DNA from: Octopus vulgaris
Lineage: Eukaryota
Reading direction: 5' to 3'
NCBI GenBank assembly: GCA_951406725.2
Contig: OX597831.1
Span: forward strand, 7,006,001 to 7,070,000
DNA: 64,000 nucleotides
Shown here one piece after another: positions 37,406 to 48,205 of this stretch (its first letter is position 1; the number at the start of each line of letters is the position of its first letter). Position numbers and translations under genes: made by a program. The notes below the pieces were generated by a model. The model was not told the DNA's origin. It saw nothing but the letters and a program-made list of their open reading frames with translations, and made no database searches.

Positions 37406-39181
37406 AGAGCTCTTATGTGAAGGTGGGTGGCTCACTGGTTCAGGTATTTGACTCAAGATTGCAAGGTCATGTGTTCAATTCCTGGCAATGCATTGTGTCC
37501 TTGAGCAAGACACTTTACTTCACATTGCTCTAGTTCACTCAGCTGGCAAAAGAAATAAGAGTTGTACTTGTATTTCAAAGGGCCAGCCTTGCCACATTTC
37601 CCAGTGAAATATGTTAAGGGTACACATGTCAGTGGAAGGCTTGGCCACTGGCATGCAGATTTCATGAGCAGGCTGTGTTCCAGTGATCGATCATGTGGAA
37701 CCCACATCGTCATCAGAAGTAACAGAGTGATGCTTTTACGGTCCTTAATGTGAAGTTGCAACAGATGATGTTTACAGAGTCTATCAATAGCTTGACAGAC
37801 ATCATAGTAGTTTCAGAAAATGATAGAAATCAGAGTACACTGGTTAAGACTGAAGATGTTCCTTTATTCTTTTAAACAAGCAACTTTGAAGATATAAAAA
37901 TTGAGATTATAATAATTAAACCTCAAACGATCTTCACACCAACTTCTTCCCTTATCTTTCTCTCTCATTTTACACTAAATTCTATAAACGGTACCCACCG
38001 CCATTAACATAATGTTTGTGCTTCTGGTTCATGATTGAGAAAACTTTTGGCTGACACTAATTTCTCTTACCTATTGTTATGTCTGTGTAGTTCAAAATCA
38101 ATTAAGGTATTCACCAGGTGGTTGAGCTTTATTCATGGTGAGTTTGACACAGGATAAATTAGTATCAATACATGTTGCCTATATCTGTGTTATTTTATCA
38201 GGGATCAGGGCCCTGACTTCTGACAGCAGAGTTCCATAGAAGGAATCAAGCTCATAAATGCCAGTTAATTAAAAGAAATTCACTAATTATAAAGTGCAAC
38301 TATTCCTGATGGGGAACTGCTTCTCAAATGAAATAGAACTGTCTTGGACATAATCATGATACAAAACTAATGTCAGGATATATTAAGTGTATGGCCAGTG
38401 GTCTTCGGACATTTTACAAATTCTACATCTCTACTCTTTTGTTCTATGTACATGAAGAGAAATGTCAATATTAAGAAAAAAAAACCTAAATTCAGTTATT
38501 ATTGCTTTTTCATTTAGACTTATTAATTTTTAGACAATTATTAATATTTTACAATGTTCCCAATGAAAGCTAAAACAAAAATTGTCACATGATAAAGGAA
38601 ACGTAGAAGAAATGGTTTTGGGTGAAAAGAATCGGATGTCATTAATATCATTCTTGAAAACATTAGAGGAAGCTTTGCATTCCAGTTATTTAATTAGTTT
38701 AACTTCAACATGTCAACTTTTAGTAAACTTGAAAATAGATTTGTGTTTCCATGCAAAGACACACTTTAATCAGCCAATATGCTGCATGCCGTGAACGTCT
38801 TCTCTAAATAAAGACCATTACAAACGCAAACAAAATCGAAGAAAATTATTCCAGCCCTGCACCTGTTGAAAATATATTCCATGACTCCATTTGACTAACA
38901 ATGGAATTACTGGCTTTAGATTATTGGTTTTATGTGCCTTAACTGGTAGTTATAGTTAAAAATTATTTCATCAGATTTGATTCCATGATTTTAAAATTGA
39001 ATGTCTTTCTCAAAATAATATCTTGAGATCAATTCACAATGTGTAAGATTTTATAATGCCATAATTTTAATTGGTAACAAGTGGAATTCCAATATTGGAA
39101 AGGAACGTTCATTCCTTTGTTGATATTTTCAGGGAAACAGAAAACATTTGGTCCGATCAGGAATGCAGTTGATAAGGAGTG

Positions 39182-39346
39182 ACTTTCTATCAACTTCGTT
39201 TTTTATTATTATTATGAAATATTTGGCATAAAATATTTGTGTAACTGCTTCGTAAGATTAATCATTAAAGATAATCATCCACTGTATGGAGGGATTGAAC
39301 CTGTTTCTGTTGCTTTACTCTCTTAAAAGATCTGGAAGGTAAACAA
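39182..39346. repeat. ~160-bp direct duplication, copy 2
   Basis: Matches 34904-35062. Confidence 0.92.
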
Positions 39347-39689
39347 ATCACAGGATACAACAGTTTTTAGATAAACTTTCATTGTTTCAGTGTCTTCAAC
39401 GGAGACAAAAGATTTCCTTTTAGTAAAGTTGATTTAGTGAACAGAATTGTGTCTGACCAGTTAACTGACCCTTAGTATATTACTGGTACTTATTCCCTCA
39501 AAAGTAAAAAAGGGAAAACCACAATCCCGGCATATTTATTATTTATTGTGTAAAATCATAAGAAATGCCAGACTCTCAGCCGTTTTATTACAAAATGTAA
39601 TAAATTACCCAAAGTAGGAACATTAATAATTTTGAAAGAAGAATTCTACAGACAAAAGAAAGAAGGGCAAAATAAAAGCGAATGCTTAC

Positions 39690-39788
39690 AATTTCACTTG
39701 ATCAGGCACATAAATATGTTCCATTGGAACCATTTTAGATAATTCTTCCAGAGTTTTCACATAATGGAGTTTTGAGTAGAATTTTGAA
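39690..39788 (-). CDS. BCH-domain exon (SKFYSKLHYVKTLEELSKMVPMEHIYVPDQVKL)
   Basis: tttccag| acceptor, TT|gtaagc donor, phase 2->2. End of the CRAL-TRIO_2/BCH domain. Confidence 0.95.
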
Positions 39789-40384
39789 CTGGAAATAAAA
39801 AACAGAAATTCAGAAACACAGAAAAGGATACAAAAATAAAATCTGAAGAGATTGTTGGTAAATCTTAAATGTTCATTAAAAAAAAAAAACTGAAAAAAGG
39901 CAAAAAAGATTAAGATTACTTTAGAAGAATTTGAATTAATATTCTAAATGTGTGGTTGCTCAGATTTACTTCTGAATCTGGTGTCGGCATTGTTCCCCCA
40001 CTTCTCTTATATCAATTTACCCAATTGGGAAGAGAAATATTTTGTTAAGAAAGGAATGTTTAAGGTCAGCTTCCCAGACACTACGTCAGTGGGAACCAAA
40101 GACCCAAAATCAAAGTAACAGAAGGCTTAAGATGTCCATCATTTAACAATGTTAGTTTTAGCTTGATTAAATATTGAATGTCTGCCTACAGACACAATAT
40201 ATTAGATAAAAATGATTCAGAGATGCCATCAACATAAAAGCAATAATAGGTCAGTAAATGTCAGTATATTTGATGCTTGGAGCATTAAGAATCTAGTCTA
40301 GAAATGAACAAAGTGAAAGAAGCTAAAAAAAAAAATACACACAAGTATGGGAGACAACTCTGAACGTATTTAAATAATGAAATT

Positions 40385-40765
40385 GTGTCTGGTGCTCGGG
40401 TTCACCACAACTCATCAAAGGTGGAATGTACAGTACTTAGAATAATGTACAAAAGTCAGCAGTGTATGAGTTATGATATACATGTGTATGGAGGTGGGGG
40501 ATATCAGGTGTAGTGTTGGTGAATTTCAGGAAGCATGGAGGTTTTAAAGGATGCAATGTCTCAGCAACTAACAAGTGATGCAGGTAGTTTGTTCCATGGT
40601 TCAGTAACTCTGAGTGTGAAAAAATGTTACCGAAAGTCATGAGAGCTGTGCTGTTTTCTGACTTTGTAGGCCTGCCCACATGTGTTAGACACATGGAGCT
40701 CTCGAAAAGGTGCTCAAGATGGTTGTTGGCACGATGGTGAATAATTTTGTGGGTGTTCATCAAAT
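40385..40765 (-). mobile_element. Older CR1-like LINE 3' fragment
   Basis: Diverged match to 43380-43770. Confidence 0.75.
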
Positions 40766-41715
40766 CAGAGAAATACAACCCCTGTTTCCTCTCACAAGCT
40801 AAAGGAAGGGATAAAAGGCTAAATTTCACAAGTAATTTGGTGATTGTCTTGACTGGTGTTCGAATTCTAAACATTGGGTTTGCTTAGTTTTGTTACCAAC
40901 ATGTTCAATATTAATGCCATCTCTTTGAAATAATATTTAAAAAAAATAAGAAGCCGATTACATTTAAGCAATAATACTTTGAGACTGTAGGAAAAAATTT
41001 ACTTCCACTAACATGTTTAGTTGAATCAGTTCTGAAAAAATATTTAACATAATCAGTGAAAATATTGTAATTCATGTAAATTATATTTGTGGTGAGGCGG
41101 GAACCTCCACCCCACCCCATTAGCTTAAAACACTTTAGCATTTTTACATTATTCTGTCAAAAGCAATGCTCATTTATTGATATTATTTTGATGAGGGAGC
41201 TGTTAATTTTTAGAATGATATTGTAGGGTAGGTGTGAGAGGCCAGTTTGAACATAAAACAGAATATTTGGTCAGTGTAAATGCTAAAGGATTAATTCTGG
41301 TCAACAAAAACAAGGGAGACAACTACGAAATTAAAACCTGAATGATAGTCATAATCCTACAAGCAGTGTCGTTCATTTCCAATTTTCCATTGGGAAAAAT
41401 TGCCTTGCCTAGAAACAAGTGAGGGTTGGCAACAAGATGGGCAACTGGCTATAAAAAATATGCCTTGAAAAATTCCATCCAACTCATGCAAGCATGGAAA
41501 AGGGAACATTAAACATTGATGGTGATGATGATGATGAATCAAATTTGTAGCATTATGTTGATGTTTTCTATTTCATAAAATCAAACAGATTATCAAGATG
41601 GTGAAGATATGAGAGAGAAATAAACAAGCTATTTAAGAGGGCATAACTCATTCATCCACCATTTAAAGAAATGGGTATTTGTGGACATTTCATTATTTTT
41701 AAAAATAATACAAAC

Positions 41716-41802
41716 CTTATAAATGGTCGAGTCATCATAACAATCGTCTTTAACCATAAAGTAGGATGGACCAAGAGCAAAGCTTTCAAATTTTTCTTTA
41801 AT
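41716..41802 (-). CDS. BCH-domain exon (LKKNLKALLLVHPTLWLKTIVMMTRPFIS)
   Basis: ttctag| acceptor, AG|gtttgt donor, phase 2->2. RLRKNLK....VHP.W......TRPFISSKF motif. Confidence 0.95.
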
Positions 41803-42286
41803 CTAGAATGAAATAATAAAACTCCGATGAGCATTTGCAGAGGTTTGCCTTTTCAGGAAACATTGTTTTAAGTGCAAGAATTACATGGTACACAAGACAC
41901 AACAACCTTTGAATTTATCAAAATACTGGATTATTTGTGAACATATATGATACATATGTTAAACTGAAAGAAAAAATCTCAAATATGATGGATCAGAAGA
42001 CATTCCCAAAATTCCAGGAATTGGTTTCAGAAAGTAGAATGAAACTAAATAATATAAAGCCTCTATATCAGTGCTCTACTGACTCCATCAATTCATCTCA
42101 TCTTATTTTACACGCATAAAACAACAACCAAAGTAAATCTCATTCAACAGCAAAACCACTCAAATAGATTCATTTTGTTTAGATTTTATTTTATATTTAA
42201 TAACAACTGTTTCATTTTAGGGTCTACTGAACACACATACACACACCTGAAAAATGAACGTGACCGATTTTATAAAATCTGATTAC

Positions 42287-42418
42287 CTATGATCAATCAT
42301 TTGGTAGCATCGCTTCAGCCAGCTGAAGCCAGGCATCTGTCGGCGAGGTGTGGCACCATGAAAGAACACGATCATATAATCCTCAGCCACGAGTTGCTCC
42401 AAAGTACTTGTTACGTAT
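42287..42418 (-). CDS. BCH-domain exon ([44 protein letters not shown])
   Basis: gacag| acceptor, AG|gtaatc donor, phase 2->2. [18 protein letters not shown]...WLK.CYQMID.R motif. Confidence 0.96.
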
Positions 42419-42868
42419 CTGTCATTAAATCAGATTAAAACATTTAGGAACATTCTTAAAGATCTGCAACATTAATAAATGGCATTTCGTGCCATTTATT
42501 AAAAATTCTGTTTCTATCAAAGTTCTGAAATGTCTAATATTTAAATAACTGAGAGTACAAGAAATGAATACTTTAATACGATGTCGTTTAATTCAAATTG
42601 AACTTAATTATTTTAATTTTCTTGCAATGTGACATACTTTACTAATTTATCATTTACATGACATCAGTGAAAATAGATATTAAAACTTGTCTTTTATGGT
42701 TCCTGTCTATTAATGGCATTTGTAGAAATCAAAGGAAGGTAGTAATTATAAAAAATTAGTTTTAAATTTAATTAATGTACAACTTCAACATTTTGTTAAC
42801 AGTATTTCAGTCATGACAGCAAAGAGAATAGATTTAAATCTCAACGGCATTAACGAGCTAATGTATAT

Positions 42869-43101
42869 ATATTTCTTTACTACCCACAAGGGGCTAAACG
42901 CAGAGGGGACAAACAAGGACAGACAAACAGATTAAGTCGATTACATCAACCCCAGTGCATAACTGGTACTTAATTTATCGACCCCGAAAGGATGAAAGGC
43001 AAAGTCGACCTCAGCGGAATTTGAACTCAGAACGTAACGGCAGACGAAATACGGCTACGCATTTCGCCCAACGTGCTAACGTTTCTGCCAGCTCGCCGCC
43101 T
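42869..43101 (-). mobile_element. tRNA-derived SINE (family C)
   Basis: Near-identical to 17089-17320 and 49543-49773. B-box GAGTTCAAATTCC on the minus strand. Flanking repeat taacgagcta(a/c)tgtata. Confidence 0.85.
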
Positions 43102-43165
43102 TCTAACGAGCTACTGTATATAGCTCATTACTTTCAACAACAACACAACGTCTGCTTGAACTCAC

Positions 43166-43268
43166 AAGAAAAGATTATCCATAACATAGTTGTAATCTTT
43201 TCGTCCTCGATCCGGAAGGAAACAACCAGAGAACACAATGATTGCATTGAGATCTTCACCCATATAAC
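43166..43268 (-). CDS. BCH-domain exon ([35 protein letters not shown])
   Basis: atttcag| acceptor, TT|gtgagt donor, phase 1->2. NAIIVF..CFLPD....Y.YVM.NLF motif. Absent from the ORF track. Confidence 0.95.
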
Positions 43269-43351
43269 CTGAAATGGGAAACAAAGGTAAAAATGAAAAT
43301 AAATGCAACAAGGTACATCAATACTTTATATTTAATTGGTAGATTTTGAAT

Positions 43352-43990
43352 TAATAATAATAATAATAATAAGGAAATTATTGTATACAGTGCTCAGGTG
43401 CACCACAACTTGTCAAAAGTGCATATAAAGCATATGCAGTAATGTACAAATGTCTGGGAAGCGAACAGTGTATGAGTCAGATACATGCTTGTGTGTGTAT
43501 GGAGTGGAGAAAATCAGGTGTAGTGTTGGCGAATCTCAGGAAGCATGGAAGTTTTGAAGGATGCAGTGCTCCGACAACTAACAACTGATGCCAGCAGTTT
43601 GTTCCATGCTTCAGCAACTCTTAGCGTGAAAAAATGTTTCCGAAAGTCATGGGAGCTGTGCTGTTTTCTGACTTTGTAAATATGTCCATGGGTTTTAGAC
43701 AGGTGGAGTTTGAAAAGGTGCTCAGAGTTATTGTTTGTAAGATGGTTAATAATTTTATGGGTGTCTGCCAAGTCAGCTGCCAGACGTCGGAGTTTCAATG
43801 TATCCATGCCCAGGGAAGTAAGGCATTCAGAATATGACAAATGCCTGATAGAGGGTATTCTCTTGGTTGCACGTCGCTGAACGGCTTCCAGACGATTAAT
43901 ATCCTGGGCAAGATAGGGGTTCCAGACCGGTGATGCAAATTCTAGGTGGGGTCGTACCATAGCTATATAAAGCCTCAGATAGATAGCCAG
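43352..43990 (-). mobile_element. CR1-like LINE 3' fragment (longest copy)
   Basis: ORF 43514..44008 encodes LYIAMVRPHLEFASPVWNPY...RLEAVQRRATK, typical of CR1 ORF2. (ATT)n tail. Confidence 0.9.
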
Positions 43991-45154
43991 AGAGCAGCTC
44001 ACAAACAATATATAGAGAACAAATTAAACTCAAATATAAATGAAATGGGAAACTAGCATGCAATAATCCATGCCCACCACCTTTCAAAAGGAGACAATAG
44101 ACAGCCTGGTCATGTGACTGTCATTGTTGTTCATCCTGAATGACTTCTGAACAAGCAAAACTATATTTCTCTGACAGTAGGATATGATTTGAGTAAAATT
44201 TTGTTACTATCCCTTGAAGTCTAGCAACAATTTAAAGGCTTCCTCTGTGTTCTACAAACTACTGGAGGGACCACAACAATCATTTTTGAACTGAAGATTC
44301 TGGTAAAATATCTTGGAATCCTTGGAGCTACAACTTAAAAAACATCACACAAGTCAAAAGTAATCATATTTAACAAAACCTGGTAAATTACAACCAAAGG
44401 GAGAAACTCTTCAACCAAATTTAAATAACTTAGAGCAGAACTAGCTTTTAACACATTCAAACCTTTCGTTGCTCTGTTGCTAATGTGTTTGTTTTAATGA
44501 ATATTGAAAAGAAACTCTTAAAAAATGATGATGGAAGGTTTTCATTTAAATAGGCTGGTTTTTGCATGAGAGAAGCAGAGGCAAGTGTCAAGCAACCTGG
44601 AAGCAAAAGGGTTAATATTTATTACAGGAAAATCTAAAAAAGAACTCAGCAAAATACAAAACCAGTAATGTGTAAAAAGGGGTGATGGAATGACAGAAAC
44701 CTGAACTGATAAAAAATGCATCAAGTAGTTTATTACTCCAATGAAGGCCACAGAAATTCAACCATAATCAATACAAATACAATGGAGTTCAACAAAGGGA
44801 AAAGTAAAACTATTTTCAGTTGTTATGGAGAACACCTGAAATTGTGTACAGAACTTACCTTCTGTAATCAATAAGGAAACAATAGCTAGAATTTACACAC
44901 ATTATCATCATCATCGTTTAACGTCCACTTTCCATGCTAGCATGGGTTGGACGGTTCGACCGGGATCTGGGAAGCCAGGAGGCTGCACCAGGCTCCAGTC
45001 TGATCTGGCAGTGTTTCTACAGCTGGATGCCCTTCCTAATGTCAACCTCTCCGTGAGTGTAGTGGGTGCTTTTTATGTGCCAGGGGAGGCTGGCAGCGGC
45101 CACAATCGGTTGGTGCTTTTTACGTGCCATCGGCACAGAAGCCAGTCAAGAGAT

Positions 45155-45495
45155 GAAGCTTGTATGCTCTGCCTGATGTGTAATGTCAGAGTGCATACAC
45201 GACAGAGTGTAAGAGCCCCGAGAGAAAAGTTGGACATAAGAGGCATCAGATGTGTTGTGCAAGACAGACCACTATGCTAGTATGGTCATGTGTTGCATAT
45301 GAATGAGGACAGCTGTGTGAAAAAGTGTCACACCCTAACAGTGGCGGGAACCTGTGGAAGAAGTAGAGCCAGGAAAACCTGGGATGAGGTAGTGAAGCAC
45401 AACCTTCAAACATTGGGCCTCACAGAGGCAATGACAAGTGCCCAAGACCTTTGGAGATATGCTGTACTTGAGAAGACCCAGCAAGCCAAGTGAAA
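45155..45495 (+). mobile_element. RTE-clade LINE 3' fragment
   Basis: REKLDIRGIRCVVQDRPLC*YGHVLHMNEDSCVKK...GRSRARKTWDEVV resembles the RTE RLRWYGHVxR...RGRPRKTW terminus. Runs directly into a family B unit. Confidence 0.8.
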
Positions 45496-46608
45496 TCACA
45501 GCAGTGACTGATGCCAGTATTGCATAACCAGCCCATTTAAAGGTACCCTTCAATCATCGGGCTATATGCTGTGCTTGAGAAGACCTGTTGAGGCAAGTGA
45601 AATCATTGTCATGACTGATAGCAGTGACACTTGACTGGCTCCCATGCTGGTGGCATGTAAAAAGCACTAATTTGAGTGTGGTCAATACCAGCGCCGCCAT
45701 ACTGGCTCCTGTGCTGGTGACATGTAAAATGCACCATACGAACATGGTTGATACCAGTGCTGCCTGACTGGTCCCATGCTGGTGGCACGTAAAAAGCACC
45801 ATTCGAATGTAGTCAATGCCAGTACCGCCTGACTGGTCCTGTGCTGGTGAAATGTAAGGAGCACCCACTACACTCACAAAGTGGTTGGTGTTAGGAAGGG
45901 CATGCAGCTGTTGAAACCTTGCCAGATCAGACTGGAACCTGGTACAGTCCTGTTAAACCATCCAACCCATGCCAGCATGGAAAGCGGACGTTAAATGATG
46001 ATGATGAATTTTGTTTTAGCATGTCACAACTTAAATTTCAATAATTTTATTTGCTTCTAAAATGAGTTTTAATTCAAAATATGTATTTTAGAAAATAATT
46101 CCTGTTTTTTTTTTGTATTTTTTTTGTAGTGGGGATCATCCTGTAACATATCAAGAAAGAGGTACAGAACCACATTCCCAAATTTATCCCAGACCAGTTT
46201 GAAGTATTCTTTTCGTTACATAAAACCAGCACATGCTACTTCCAACCTTCTTGTCCTGGTAGTTTCATATATTTTACAGTATTAAAACTACATGAAAAGC
46301 GCCTCATTTTTATTTTTGGACTAATTCTAGAAAACCGTTGATTCTCTTAGACAATCGAGAACCAAGAATTCAGCAGCTCAAATGCTGTTAGTAGCCATCT
46401 ACCAGGTCTGAAAGCAATACAAGGAGTTTCTATATGGACCAGTCACCTTCATTTCATGGCATTTACTCTGGAGATAAGAATCCATCTTCATGTAGCAGTA
46501 TTACAGAAAGAGTAAATGAATTTTTTTCTTTTTTAATAATAATAATAATAATGAAATTATTGTATACAGTGTTCAGGTGCACCACAACGAAAATTTAACA
46601 GTTCTAGT

Positions 46609-46838
46609 AATTATTTACATTTGACGGATATTTGTCCTCAGCTTGTTAAGATAACATTTCGGCTGATATACCCTCCAGCCTTCATCAGGTGTCTTGGGGA
46701 AATTTCGAACCTGGGTTCTCATTCCTAAGGTATATTTTGGTGTTATTATTATTATTCAGGTCACTGACTGGAATCGAACTCAGAATCTTGGTGTTAGTAG
46801 CCCTGCGACCTTAACCACTATGCCATATTCACGTGGGC
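46609..46838 (-). mobile_element. tRNA-headed SINE carrying a hammerhead-ribozyme motif
   Basis: Minus strand has A-box TGGCATAGTGG and B-box GAGTTCGATTCC, then CTGATGAA-GGCTG-gagggtatat-CAGCC-GAAA. Confidence 0.7.
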
Positions 46839-47252
46839 ATGGTATACTTCTTTTTATCACTTAACGACCTAAATTACATTTAGAAATCTAGTTAATTGCT
46901 TAACCCTGTTTTAGTGTAAACCTCCAAATTCCTAATCCGTCATCATCCTCTTTCTGCCTCTTCTACTGCTATTATTATAACAGACTCTATCTTTCACCAT
47001 TTGCTTCTTACTATCCAGAAATCAGAAATTTGTTCTTCTGAATATCCAAAGCAGCAGCAACAAACCCAAAACCAATTCCAACATTGAATCCTTAACTTTT
47101 GCTCATTTTTTTCTTTTTTCATTCCTTCAATTTCCCCGTTACTTCCACAGACACACTCTCACTGGCAACAGACTCATTTCTGAAATGATGCTATACACAG
47201 GCAAAAGCTATTCCATGGTAGACGGACCAATAAAAGAACCCAGAACCCTTAC

Positions 47253-47411
47253 CTCCATGAGATAATATCTTCTTGTAAGGTTCCACTACTTTCATATCAA
47301 TACGGAAATGCTTTTCCCCAATTACGATTGATTTCCAGTGTTTCGAATCAGCGTTTTCTTGTTCAGCAGTGTATTCAGGAATGGTACTGGGGGACTCTAG
47401 TGGAGTCTCAC
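47253..47411 (-). CDS. BCH-domain exon (SETPLESPSTIPEYTAEQE...WKSIVIGEKHFRIDMKVVEPYKKILSHGG)
   Basis: Hallmark RIDM.VIEPYK.V.SHGG motif of BNIP2/ATCAY/PRUNE2. Canonical ag/gt, phase 1->1. Confidence 0.95.
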
Positions 47412-47495
47412 CTGGAAGAATTGGGAAAGAAATAATAATGAAGATGAAGGGACACATATATCTTCAAATGGAGTGAACAGTTCTGAACCCTTATG

Positions 47496-47546
<51 letters not shown>

Positions 47547-47813
47547 AATTAATATTATTATTATTTGAGGGAATATTAATCCTAACTTACAGGGAAAAAT
47601 TCAATTTAGAAATACTAAGTCAAATTTCACACAATATAATATAATATATATATATATATATAAATTAGAAAAAAACGCCTTTTATCAATTCAAAATGAAC
47701 AATGAAATTACACCATCTAGAAAATTACATATAATAGAAATATTAAAATTAAAATAACAATAATATACCGATGATTAAATGAATTGCAAACGTATATAAT
47801 TTGTAGAATAACA

Positions 47814-47858
<45 letters not shown>

Positions 47859-48001
47859 GAGGATTTTAGGAAGTTTAATACTCACAATACAAATAAAATA
47901 AGACAATATTGGTTGAATATTTTTGTAAAGAAATATAAAAAAAAAAAAAAATACTGAAGAGAAAAAAATGAAAATAATTGTTGTTCAAAAATCTAACATA
48001 C

Positions 48002-48205
48002 TTTCCCAGTCAACTTCCAAGCCTTCTGGATCGATTTCTTCAGGAGTATCCAAATCTTCTGGAGTCTGGAGGTCATCTATATCCCCCAACATACAGTCAA
48101 CTGGTGGAGTGCAGTTGTCAGCTTCGACATCTTCATCATCAAATAATTCCACATTCGGTCTGATTTTCTTCTTGGGACGAATTGTTTGCAGAGTGGACGG
48201 TCGCA
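48002..48205 (-). CDS. BNIP2/caytaxin-like exon, acidic region (VRPSTL...DIDDLQTPEDLDTPEEIDPEGLEVDWE)
   Basis: tttacag| acceptor, A|gtatgt donor, phase 1->1. RP..L, DDL.TP.D and WE motifs of the BNIP2 family N-terminal region. Confidence 0.88.
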
